Positions 10,009 through 19,240 of a stretch of 64,000 nucleotides of DNA are shown here, piece by piece. Within the stretch, counting starts at the first letter, position 1; every line of letters begins with the position of its first letter. Source of the DNA: Bacteroidota bacterium (GTDB lineage: Bacteria > Bacteroidota > Bacteroidia > 2-12-FULL-35-15); assembly GCA_025963715.1 (NCBI GenBank), contig JAOQAG010000048.1, forward strand, positions 5,553 to 69,552, written 5' to 3'. Both the position numbers and the translations under genes were made by a program. The notes below the pieces were generated by a model. It had not been told where the DNA came from, did no database searches, and saw nothing but the letters and a program-made list of their open reading frames with translations.

Positions 10009-10032
10009 GTTCTGATTTTCGTGTAAGGGTGC

Positions 10033-10623
10033 TTATTCCCGGTAAAAAAGCGAATGCGATGTGCGGTCGTAAAAGCCCAGCACTCCGTATTGTTTGTTGT
10101 AATATATTTTGGAAACAAATACGTTGGAGTGATGTGTCGTATCTGTTTCGGCCGAATAAACATCCTGGTACGTCGTTCCGCCCAGTACAAGTGTTGGTAA
10201 TACGGTGGCTCCCTGCGGCAGATGCGTTTGGTAATCAAAGGATAAAATGCCGGTAATGTCAAACACTTCAAAGTACATGCTGCCGGGTTCGCGCTCTTCT
10301 CCTTTGTGCATTCCCATGGACAAGTGTTTGGTATTTCCTCTCATGGTATCGCTGCTTCCGTAGATGTTTGCGTCTACGCTGCAGGGTTTGCAATAAGTAC
10401 CCATTGGTTCGCCTCTGCCGCATTCTTCGGTATAGGAAGGATCGATGGAAGGGGCGCTCATTACAAAGGATATTTTACTGCCTGCGGCATTGATAAATTT
10501 TGCGGTATCTCCGTTGTGATATGCAGCGATCCAGGAAGCGTCTTCGCCAACAAACCCCGGACAATCCTGGGAATGTTTACAGGCTGACAGAAGAAGGACT
10601 GCAAAGAGAAGATTACGGTACAT
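10033..10623 (-). CDS. Hypothetical Cys-rich lipoprotein (paralog B)
   Basis: Start taken at the internal Met 'MYRNLLFAVLLLSACK'. Shares the 'YCKPC' and 'NKQYGVLGFYDRTSHSLFYRE' motifs with paralog A. Confidence 0.6.
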   Translation of the reverse strand: MYRNLLFAVLLLSACKHSQDCPGFVGEDASWIAAYHNGDTAKFINAAGSKISFVMSAPSIDPSYTEECGRGEPMGTYCKPCSVDANIYGSSDTMRGNTKHLSMGMHKGEEREPGSMYFEVFDITGILSFDYQTHLPQGATVLPTLVLGGTTYQDVYSAETDTTHHSNVFVSKIYYNKQYGVLGFYDRTSHSLFYRE

Positions 10624-10689
10624 TTTCAATAATATCAAGGTTAACAAAAACAAAATGAATACTTTTGTAAAAATACTAAATATCATAAC

Positions 10690-11871
10690 GTGGAGCAAGA
10701 GAAGGATTTTAAAATGATTGCCAAAACTATTTTTGGTTTGGAGGAAACGCTGTCGACCGAGCTATTGCGGCTGGGTGCAAAAAATGTGGAGATCCATAAC
10801 CGTGCGGTAAGCTTTGAAGGCGATACGGGCTTTATGTACAAAGCCAATTTGTGTTTGCGCACGGCATTGCGCATTCTTGTTCCGTTTGAAACGTTTAAAG
10901 TAACGGATGAAAAATCGCTGTATGCTTCCATGCAAAAAATCGATTGGGAAAAATACATGGATGTGACAGATACGCTGGCGATTGATACGGTGATCAATTC
11001 GGAATTGTTTACGCATTCACAATACATTTCGCAAAAATCAAAGGATGCTATTGTGGATCAGTTTCGTGCCAGGCATGGCGAGCGTCCGTCCGTAGATCTG
11101 GATAAACCAACCATTCGCATCAACATTCATATTTACAATGATACGTGCACGGTAGCGCTGGATAGCTCCGGAGAATCGCTGCACAAGCGTGGCTACCGCG
11201 ATAAAACCAATCTGGCACCGATCAACGAAGTGCTGGCTGCAGGTTTGGTATTGCTAAGCGGCTGGGACAAGCGTACCAATTTTATTGATCCGATGTGCGG
11301 TTCAGGAACAATTGTGATCGAAGCGGCATTGATCGCCAATAATATTCCGGCAGGTTATTTTCGTGAAGATTTCGGGTTTCAGCGCTGGCATAAATTTATG
11401 CCGTATAATGAGGAATTGTGGGACCTGATCTTTGATTCGGCGGTAAACAAAATTACAGATCATCAGCAAACCATTATCGGTGGTGAGCTTTCGAGCAACG
11501 TGGCAAAAAAAGCAAAAGAAAATGTGAAGCTGGCAAAGGTGGATGATGTGGTGGTGATCAAAAATGTGGACATGAAAGATTTTGAAGTGCCACCGGGAAG
11601 AGGCGTGGTTATTATCAATCCGCCGTATGGCGAACGGATGGTAAAAGATAATATTGATGAGCTTTATAAAATGATGGGGGATACATTCAAGAAAAATTTT
11701 TCAGGATACGATTGCTGGATCTTAAGTTCCAACCTGGATGCTTTGAAGAATGTAGGTTTGCGTCCGTCGAGGAAAATATCATTGTTCAACGGTCAGCTGG
11801 AATGTAAATTCATGAAATATGAAATGTACCAGGGGACGAAGAAGATTCATAAGTTGGAAAATAAGGAATAG
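10690..11871 (+). CDS. THUMP-domain class I SAM-dependent RNA methyltransferase (RlmL/COG0116-like)
   Basis: THUMP-like N-terminus, SAM-binding region 'DPMCGSGT', catalytic 'NPPYGER'. The start could instead be at 10714. Confidence 0.8.
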   Translation: MEQEKDFKMIAKTIFGLEETLSTELLRLGAKNVEIHNRAVSFEGDTGFMYKANLCLRTALRILVPFETFKVTDEKSLYASMQKIDWEKYMDVTDTLAIDTVINSELFTHSQYISQKSKDAIVDQFRARHGERPSVDLDKPTIRINIHIYNDTCTVALDSSGESLHKRGYRDKTNLAPINEVLAAGLVLLSGWDKRTNFIDPMCGSGTIVIEAALIANNIPAGYFREDFGFQRWHKFMPYNEELWDLIFDSAVNKITDHQQTIIGGELSSNVAKKAKENVKLAKVDDVVVIKNVDMKDFEVPPGRGVVIINPPYGERMVKDNIDELYKMMGDTFKKNFSGYDCWILSSNLDALKNVGLRPSRKISLFNGQLECKFMKYEMYQGTKKIHKLENKE

Positions 11872-12187
11872 TTTAAAGTTCAAGGTTTGAAAGTTTAAAG
11901 TTTGCTGTGTGGCTCCTGCGGAGCGGTTTTTACCACTAAGGCACTTAGGGCACTGAGAAAAAAAAAGAGAAAAAGAGATTTTGATGTGTGGATCGCTTAC
12001 GCGATTATTTTTTACCACGAAGCCGCAAAGAAAAATTGAAGCGTGTTTTTGTTTTTTTAATGTTTGGTCACAAACTGATACACATAATTCACACACAGAT
12101 TCGTTATTCGTTTAATTCGCTATTCGTTGTACACAGATTGGTATATTAGTATAAATTAGTATTTAGCAGATTCATAGAGTAGATTAT

Positions 12188-13156
12188 ATGAAAAAAATTG
12201 CCGTATTAACATCCGGAGGCGATTCGCCGGGAATGAATGCTTGTTTAAGAGCTGTTGTGCGAACTGCTGTTTATCATAAAATAGAGGTGATGGGCATCAT
12301 GCATGGTTACAATGGGATGATCAAGGATGAGTTTATAAAAATGGATGCAAAATCGGTGGCGAGTATTATTAACCGTGGCGGCACCATTTTAAAAACAGCG
12401 CGGAGCACCGAATTTATGACGACTGAAGGCCGCGATAAAGCATTGACGAATTTAAAAAAACACGGGATCGAAGGCGTGGTGATCATTGGCGGCGACGGTT
12501 CTTTTAAAGGCGCGTTGGAATTCAGTACTATGTGCGATATACCGTTTGTGGGCTGTCCGGGTACCATTGATAATGATTTGCAGGGAACTGATTTTACGAT
12601 CGGTTATGACACTGCGATCAACACGGTGGTGGAAGCGGTGGATAAAATCAGGGATACAGCAGAAAGTCACGATCGTTTATTTTTTGTGGAGGTGATGGGC
12701 CGCGATGCCGGATTAATTGCATTGCGTGCGGGAATTGGCGTGGGAGCAGAAAGTATTTTGATCCCGGAAACAAAAACTGATATTGATGATCTCGTTGTTC
12801 GTTTGAAGAATAAACGCAAGAGTAAAACTTCCAAAATAATTATTGTGGCGGAGGGCGATGAAGCGGGTGGCGCTTTTAAAATTGCGCAAGAAGTAAAAAA
12901 ACAATTACCGGAATACGATACACGTGTAACTATTTTAGGTCACATTCAGCGTGGCGGAAATCCAAGTGCGATGGATCGTGTAAATAGCAGCAGGATGGGA
13001 TTTGCGGCGGTGGAAGCATTAATGCAGGGCAAAAAGAACTGCATGGTGGGGATCATCAATAAAAAAATAGAATACACACCGTTTGAAAATGCAGTAAAAC
13101 ATAATCCGGAGCTGGATCCCGATCTGATGCGCATGGTAAATATTTTGTCGATGTAA
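12188..13156 (+). CDS. pfkA: ATP-dependent 6-phosphofructokinase
   Basis: 'KIAVLTSGGDSPGMNA', 'GGDGS', 'PGTIDND', and the 'RGG' substrate motif. Confidence 0.92.
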   Translation: MKKIAVLTSGGDSPGMNACLRAVVRTAVYHKIEVMGIMHGYNGMIKDEFIKMDAKSVASIINRGGTILKTARSTEFMTTEGRDKALTNLKKHGIEGVVIIGGDGSFKGALEFSTMCDIPFVGCPGTIDNDLQGTDFTIGYDTAINTVVEAVDKIRDTAESHDRLFFVEVMGRDAGLIALRAGIGVGAESILIPETKTDIDDLVVRLKNKRKSKTSKIIIVAEGDEAGGAFKIAQEVKKQLPEYDTRVTILGHIQRGGNPSAMDRVNSSRMGFAAVEALMQGKKNCMVGIINKKIEYTPFENAVKHNPELDPDLMRMVNILSM

Positions 13157-13205
13157 ATCAAAACATTTTCATTTATCGTATGTTATCAGGTAAATAAACT
13201 GCATC

Positions 13206-13865
13206 ATGAGGTTACATAAATTAAAAATCCCGTTTTTCTTTCTGCTGGTGTTCATTACCGTTTCCGGATGTACGTTCTTTCGTCCCAGCCCCAATAAATT
13301 ATTCCGGCGCGCTTTAAAAAACGAACCGTATGATGTGATCATTGTGCCGGGCGTTCCCTTCGATGGAAATACCTGGAGCGTAGCGATGAAGGGACGCGTG
13401 ATCTGGGCGGTGTACCTGATGAAGCAAGGCATTGCAAAAAATGTGATCTTCTCCGGCGGCTCTGTTTATTCGCCGTATGTGGAAGGTAAAATAATGGCTT
13501 TGTATGCCGAAAAAATGGGTGTGGATTCCAGCCATGTTTTTGTGGAAGATAAAGCACAACACAGCACCGAAAATATTTATTATTCGTACTGGATGGCGAA
13601 AAAATTAGGCTTTAGTAAAATTGCCGTTGCTTCCGATCCATTCCAGTCCAATTTACTGATGCGTTTTACCAAACGTCGGTTCAAACTGCCGATCGCGCAC
13701 ATTCCGTATGTGATCGATACGCTGGCGAAAATTGATGATGTGCACCCGGTCATTGATCCTTCTTCCGCTCATGTGGAGAATTTTAAATCCATCGAGGAAA
13801 CGCAAACCATGCGTCAGCGCCTTAGAGGCACGCGGGGGAAGAATATTAAGTATATTAAAGAATAA
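13206..13865 (+). CDS. YdcF/ElyC-family (DUF218) protein
   Basis: Signal peptide, then 'VIIVPG...VIFSGG', typical of the DUF218 fold. Confidence 0.65.
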   Translation: MRLHKLKIPFFFLLVFITVSGCTFFRPSPNKLFRRALKNEPYDVIIVPGVPFDGNTWSVAMKGRVIWAVYLMKQGIAKNVIFSGGSVYSPYVEGKIMALYAEKMGVDSSHVFVEDKAQHSTENIYYSYWMAKKLGFSKIAVASDPFQSNLLMRFTKRRFKLPIAHIPYVIDTLAKIDDVHPVIDPSSAHVENFKSIEETQTMRQRLRGTRGKNIKYIKE

Positions 13866-14100
13866 GGTACGGATAACGCCCGCCTGAACGATTCGGGCAG
13901 GAACAGGAACGAAAAACGAATCTGAGGATCTACTAAATACCAATTATTACTAATATACCAATCTGTGTATTTGCTGTGTACAAATGTTTCTTTGGATCGT
14001 TACCATCTTACGAAGCTGTCATTCCGGGCCTGACCCGGGATCTCATAAATGTTTGCAGCGTTAATTCTTCGGCCTGTCTTGCTGATGCTACTGATCTTTG

Positions 14101-14216
14101 CCACAGATTCACAGATTTTTTATTTGGATTAAAATTTCACAGATGCATAAATCGCAAAGCGATTTGGAAGTATCCGCGTGAATTTTTGATTTCCTTTTTA
14201 ATCTGTGAATCTGTGG
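14101..14216. repeat. Second copy of the MITE-like 'ccacagattcacagat' TIR element (inverted orientation)
   Basis: 'ccacagattcacagat' at 14101 and 'atctgtgaatctgtgg' at 14201-14216. The interior matches the reverse complement of 4082-4167. Confidence 0.8.
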
Positions 14217-14333
14217 CTTCATTTTCTAACGATGCGTTGTCCTTCGGTATTCGTTGTAACTTCCTTCCGGAAATTTTTCCACAGCTTGATTTATCAATCA
14301 ATTTAAAGCGCCATTTGTGTGTATATTTGCACA

Positions 14334-16979
14334 ATGAGTCGCACCACCCTTTTTGTTGATGTAATTTTACCTTTAGCGGTTCCGAATTTATATACCTATC
14401 GCGTTCCATTCGACTGGAACGAGTCGGTAATTGTCGGGCAGCGCGTGATCGTACAATTCGGAAAAGGAAAATTATATTCGGCGCTGGTGCGCAGAGTTCA
14501 TGAACAACCTCCCAAAATTTACGAAGCAAAATACATTGATTCCATTTTGGATGAGTATCCGATTGTGAACGAAACACAATTTGCGTTATGGGAATGGATC
14601 AGCCAGTATTATATGTGTACGATCGGTGAAGTGATGCAGGCGGCATTACCCGGCGGATTGCGGCTGGCAAGCGAAACAAAGATCATTCTTAATCCCTCGT
14701 TTAATAATCAATCGGAAACGGAGCGCCCGCAGATCTTGATTTCCGATAAGGAATATTTGATCATGGATGCGCTGGAGATCCGGCAGGTATTAAGCATCAG
14801 CGATGTGTCGGAAATCCTTGATCAGAAAACAGTATATCCTGTGATCAAAAACATGATCGAAAAAGGAATTGTACTGATCCAGGAAGAGCTGAAAGAAAAA
14901 TACAAACCGAAGATCGAAAGCTTCGTCCGCTTTACGGAGCATGCAGAGCAGGAGGAAAATTTAAAAACCATTTTTGATTCGCTGGAAAAAAAAGCATCCA
15001 AACAGCTGGATGTGGTAATGGCGTTTATCAAACTTTCCGGCAGGTATTCCAAACAGATCAACGAAGTAAAAAAATCGGAGATTGTAAAATTGGTGGAAGG
15101 CGCCGATGCAGCAATAAAAGGATTGGCTAAAAAAAATATTTTTGAAATATACGAACGTGAAGTGGGGCGATTTGCTGCATACACCGGCGAATCAAGGGAT
15201 ACGCATCTGAATGAAATTCAGCAGCAGGTTTTTGATTCGATTAATGCGCAGTTTTTTACCGGACAAAAAGAGCAAGCTGCTAAGGATGTTGTTTTATTAC
15301 ACGGTGTTACATCATCCGGTAAAACCGAAATTTACATCAAGCTGATCGAGCAGGCCATTGCGCAGGGAAAACAAGTGTTGTACCTGTTGCCGGAAATTGC
15401 GCTGACAACACAGATCATCAATCGCCTGCGAAAATATTTTGGCGATGTGGTGGGTGTGTATCATAGTAAGTTTAATGAAAATGAAAGAGTAGAAGTATGG
15501 AACAATGTATTAAAAAGTTCCAATGCGGAAGTTCCAATGCGGAAGTTGGATGAGCTAAATGCAGAAAAAAAAGTTCAAAGTTCAAAGTTCAAAGTTGACG
15601 AACTAAACGCAGAAAAAAATACAGGATCAAACACAGAAACTTTAAAGGTTGAACTTTCCAACTTTAAACTTGTTGTTGGTGCGCGTTCCGCATTGTTTTT
15701 GCCATTCAGTAATTTAGGATTGGTGATCGTGGATGAGGAACATGATTCGTCGTACAAACAATACGATCCGGCGCCGCGCTACAATGCCCGTGATGGCGCA
15801 ATTTACCTGGCGCATCTGCACAAAGCAAAAACATTATTGGGATCGGCAACGCCCAGCATCGAAAGTTATTTTAATGCGCTGGAAGGCAAATACGGTTTTG
15901 CCGAAATGACCAAGCGTTTTGGTGGAATCCAGATGCCGGAGATCTTAATTTCAGATGTAAAAGAAGCGACGAAAAGGAAACAGATGAAATCGCATTTTTC
16001 GCCGATGCTGCTCGATCATGTGACTGCTGCGCTGGAAAATAAAGAGCAGGTGATTTTATTTCAAAACCGCAGAGGATTTGCACCGCAGCTGGAATGCAAT
16101 ACCTGCGCATGGGTGCCGCAATGTGTGAATTGCGATGTGAGCTTAACGTATCACAAAGCAAGCAATCAGCTGCGTTGTCATTATTGCGGATATACTTCCA
16201 AACCACCTGTAAAATGTGCCGCCTGCGGCGATACAGAATTAAAAATGAAAGGTTTTGGTACGGAAAAAATAGAAGAAGAATTGTCGATCTTTTATCCTAA
16301 AGCAAAAATTATGCGGATGGATCTGGATACCACGCGCAGTAAATTTGCGCACCAGCATATCATCCAGGATTTTGAAGATGGTAACATCGATATTTTGGTG
16401 GGAACGCAAATGGTAACCAAAGGATTGGATTTTGATAACGTGAGTTTGGTCGGAATTTTAAATGCGGACGGGATGCTTAATTTTCCTGACTTCCGTGCAT
16501 ACGAGCGCAGTTACCAGCTGATGGCGCAGGTATCGGGCAGGGCAGGGCGAAAAAATAAACGGGGGAAAGTAATTATCCAAACACAAAATCCGGATCACAG
16601 CATTATTCAGGATGTGTGGAACAATAATTATTTATCCATGTATACCAATGAATTGCTCGACAGGCGGAATTTTAATTATCCGCCTTATTTCCGGATCATT
16701 GAGATCACGCTGATCCATCGCGATGTGAACATGGTGAATGAATCGGCAAAATATTTTGCCAATGAATTAAAACATCATTTCGGTAAACGTGTGCTGGGCC
16801 CCGAATTTCCTATTGTTGCACGCGTTCGTAATTTATACCATAAAAATATTTTATTGAAGATCGAGCGGGATGCTTCTGCCTTGCAGGCGAAAAAAATTGT
16901 AGCAGACCTGCTGGTAAAATTCAAAGTGAATCCGGATTTTAAATCGGTAAGAGTGCAAATGGATGTGGATCCAATGTAG
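14334..16979 (+). CDS. priA: Primosomal protein N' (PriA helicase) carrying an in-frame ~50-aa repeat-derived insertion
   Basis: Walker A 'GVTSSGKTE', 'DEEH' box, Cys-rich zinc-binding region 'CNTCAWVPQCVNCDVSLTYH...CHYCGY...CAACG'. The ORF opens with GTG at 14319, and the likely ATG is at 14334. Confidence 0.9.
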   Translation: MSRTTLFVDVILPLAVPNLYTYRVPFDWNESVIVGQRVIVQFGKGKLYSALVRRVHEQPPKIYEAKYIDSILDEYPIVNETQFALWEWISQYYMCTIGEVMQAALPGGLRLASETKIILNPSFNNQSETERPQILISDKEYLIMDALEIRQVLSISDVSEILDQKTVYPVIKNMIEKGIVLIQEELKEKYKPKIESFVRFTEHAEQEENLKTIFDSLEKKASKQLDVVMAFIKLSGRYSKQINEVKKSEIVKLVEGADAAIKGLAKKNIFEIYEREVGRFAAYTGESRDTHLNEIQQQVFDSINAQFFTGQKEQAAKDVVLLHGVTSSGKTEIYIKLIEQAIAQGKQVLYLLPEIALTTQIINRLRKYFGDVVGVYHSKFNENERVEVWNNVLKSSNAEVPMRKLDELNAEKKVQSSKFKVDELNAEKNTGSNTETLKVELSNFKLVVGARSALFLPFSNLGLVIVDEEHDSSYKQYDPAPRYNARDGAIYLAHLHKAKTLLGSATPSIESYFNALEGKYGFAEMTKRFGGIQMPEILISDVKEATKRKQMKSHFSPMLLDHVTAALENKEQVILFQNRRGFAPQLECNTCAWVPQCVNCDVSLTYHKASNQLRCHYCGYTSKPPVKCAACGDTELKMKGFGTEKIEEELSIFYPKAKIMRMDLDTTRSKFAHQHIIQDFEDGNIDILVGTQMVTKGLDFDNVSLVGILNADGMLNFPDFRAYERSYQLMAQVSGRAGRKNKRGKVIIQTQNPDHSIIQDVWNNNYLSMYTNELLDRRNFNYPPYFRIIEITLIHRDVNMVNESAKYFANELKHHFGKRVLGPEFPIVARVRNLYHKNILLKIERDASALQAKKIVADLLVKFKVNPDFKSVRVQMDVDPM
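15514..15672 (+). repeat. Repeat-derived in-frame insertion within priA (direct repeats 'gaagttccaatgcg' x2, 'gagctaaatgcagaaaaaaa' x2, 'aaagttcaaagttcaaagttcaaagtt')
   Basis: Sequence composition matches the intergenic 'aaagttcaaagtt' repeat family. It translates to 'SSNAEVPMRKLDELNAEKKVQSSKFKVDELNAEK...' between conserved helicase blocks. Confidence 0.7.
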
Positions 16980-17082
16980 GGTATGGATCGTACGAATCTG
17001 TATCTACTAAATACCAATTTATACTAATATACCAATCTGTGTGTATGTTGTGTTTGATCCGGGGTGGGATTTATTCCTCGTC

Positions 17083-17180
17083 TTGTCATCCCGGACCTGA
17101 CCCGGGATCCGTCAATTAAAAACTAAAATCATCATCCTGCAAGCATTCATGAGATCCCGGGTCAGGCCCGGGATGACAGT
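17083..17180. repeat. Inverted-repeat hairpin element 'ctgtcatcccgg(a/g)cctgacccgggatc...gatcccgggtcaggcccgggatgacag'
   Basis: Two ~30-bp arms are reverse complements of each other around a ~40-bp spacer. A second full copy lies at 27388-27486, and half-copies at 14016-14057 and 30183-30226. Confidence 0.8.
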
Positions 17181-17356
17181 TTTTATAGTGATGTTATTTT
17201 AAGCAAACATCCAGCATCCACACAGATTAGTACATTCGTATTTATTCGTAATTCGTAACCATTCAGATTCGTAGTTTCGTTTCTGTTCGTTATTCGTAAC
17301 AAAAAAACGGAGCAGCTCCAACAGCCGCTCCGCACTCACAAACCACCACCCAAATT

Positions 17357-18922
17357 TTAATTTATTTTTACAGTCATCGGATTTATTTTTACCGGCAAGC
17401 CATCCGGCCCCACCGCGTATATATTTTCAAAATAAACCCTGTCATTTCTTTTTAGCTTGCCAAATGCATCTTTAGCTGATTGTGGAATGATATTGCCTTT
17501 TATCTTATCTGTTACAATAATTCCTTTTACAGGGTAGCTCACATCAAATGAAATTATTTTACAATGTGCCTCATACACAAAATCTTCATAATTGGCGATC
17601 GGTCCTAATATTGTTGTTAGCTTGTCCCTGCTCATGCTGCCGTCGCCAACCACATCACCAATTTTAGCAGTTGGTTTCGGAATGCGTTTTACACGGAAGG
17701 TCATCACACCCATACTTCTTCTTTCTCCGTTTTCCATTATTGCTGAAACAGTGATATCCGTTTTTGCCCCATCTTTTACATTTAACAAATATTTACCGCT
17801 GCCATCGGGTTTTAACGTTCCATTGTTGATGGAAACACTTAATTTTTCATTTGGGATTCCCGGAACAGAAACTGAAATTGGATTGTCCAGCCCGATGTAC
17901 ACGACATTCATCTTTTCAGCAGAAACAGTGAGCGCAGGCCTTGCCACAATGTATTCGGATTTGAACGGGAATATCATTGGCTTGTTTTGCGGCGACATCA
18001 TTTTAATTGTTCCCGAATAGGTCACAATTCCTTCCTTGCTTGTCTTCACATTGTATTTTCCAAGTCCGCGTTCCACATCAATCGGACTTGTATTTCCATC
18101 GATGGTGATCTCCGGATTTTTTGTTTTGTTAAAAGCAGCAATAAACAGATCGGCTTTGTATTCCTCACCCAGCAATACATAATTACTTTGCGGGATCACT
18201 TTTGCAGCCACGGTATCAAATTTTAAATTCATGGCATCCGTTGCTTTTAACAAATAATCCACGGTTGCCGCTTCTGCATTTTTTACATCATTTTTCATTT
18301 TCGAAAGGATGGTCATGCTGGCAACAATAGGGCGATGGAAAAAATTATACATTTCCCAGTTCTCATTATTTTCGCTGTGTTCCGGATCTTTTGTGTCGAT
18401 GTCGATCCTGATGGATTTTCGATCCGCCGGTTCAATATAATTGGTCAGCAGCGTTCTGTAGTCATTCAATTTGTTTTTCAGCTTCAGGGATTCCCCTCCC
18501 GATCCATCTTCCGAATCACCGATCATCAGGTTGGTTACAGCATCGTAACTGTCCTTGCCGTTGATATTTTCCATTTGCAGTGTATCTGCAATGCTTTGGG
18601 AAACACCTTCCGATTTTACGATCATTTGTTTTTGCAGCCCGTCGATGTAAGCAACAAGCTCTGTCGATTGTTTTTTTATCTGCTGCGCTTTTTCCCAATT
18701 GGGTTTTACCTTTACGGGATCAACGCTTTTTGCCAGATCGAATGCCGAATAGAGCAAATCATTGTGTTCCGAAAAGTTGGTGTTCGTATTTTCTAATCCT
18801 TTGTTTACAACAACAAATGCATCTAAAATATCTTTAGAAACATTCAGTGCCAGCAATGCGGTTAGTACGAGGTACATCATTCCGATCATTTTCTGACGTG
18901 GTGATTCTTTTCCTGAAGCCAT
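17357..18922 (-). CDS. gldM: Gliding motility / T9SS protein GldM (PorM family)
   Basis: N-terminus 'SPRQKMIGMMYLVLTALLALNVSKDILDAF', a single TM helix, and ~520 aa length match the GldM family. Confidence 0.8.
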   Translation of the reverse strand: MASGKESPRQKMIGMMYLVLTALLALNVSKDILDAFVVVNKGLENTNTNFSEHNDLLYSAFDLAKSVDPVKVKPNWEKAQQIKKQSTELVAYIDGLQKQMIVKSEGVSQSIADTLQMENINGKDSYDAVTNLMIGDSEDGSGGESLKLKNKLNDYRTLLTNYIEPADRKSIRIDIDTKDPEHSENNENWEMYNFFHRPIVASMTILSKMKNDVKNAEAATVDYLLKATDAMNLKFDTVAAKVIPQSNYVLLGEEYKADLFIAAFNKTKNPEITIDGNTSPIDVERGLGKYNVKTSKEGIVTYSGTIKMMSPQNKPMIFPFKSEYIVARPALTVSAEKMNVVYIGLDNPISVSVPGIPNEKLSVSINNGTLKPDGSGKYLLNVKDGAKTDITVSAIMENGERRSMGVMTFRVKRIPKPTAKIGDVVGDGSMSRDKLTTILGPIANYEDFVYEAHCKIISFDVSYPVKGIIVTDKIKGNIIPQSAKDAFGKLKRNDRVYFENIYAVGPDGLPVKINPMTVKIN

Positions 18923-19093
18923 GGTATGAGAGTTTAAGAGGGTGAATGAACAATTACTTTTTTGTAAACCGGTTTGTCCTCCTAATGCAGTTGCTTTAAA
19001 AAAGATACAGAAAAAAATAAAAAAAGCGCTTTCCCTTTCGGAGAAGCGCTTCTAAGATGAATTACTGATGTGCAGATTTTAACTATATAAGCC

Positions 19094-19240
19094 TTTGCGC
19101 TCTCTGCGCCTCTGCGGGAAAATGCACACAGCATTTCACACACACAGCTCAGCGTTCTCAGCGTCTCTGCGAGAAATGTATATCATTTCACACGCAGCTT
19201 TGCGAACTTTGCGTCTTTGCGGGAAAATGTACGCAGCTAA
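19094..19240. repeat. Degenerate tandem repeats (~50 bp x3) 'ttgcgc(t)ctctgcg...gaaaatg.a.a.agcatttcacac'
   Basis: Three successive related units lie between the gldM start and the upstream gene. Confidence 0.6.
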
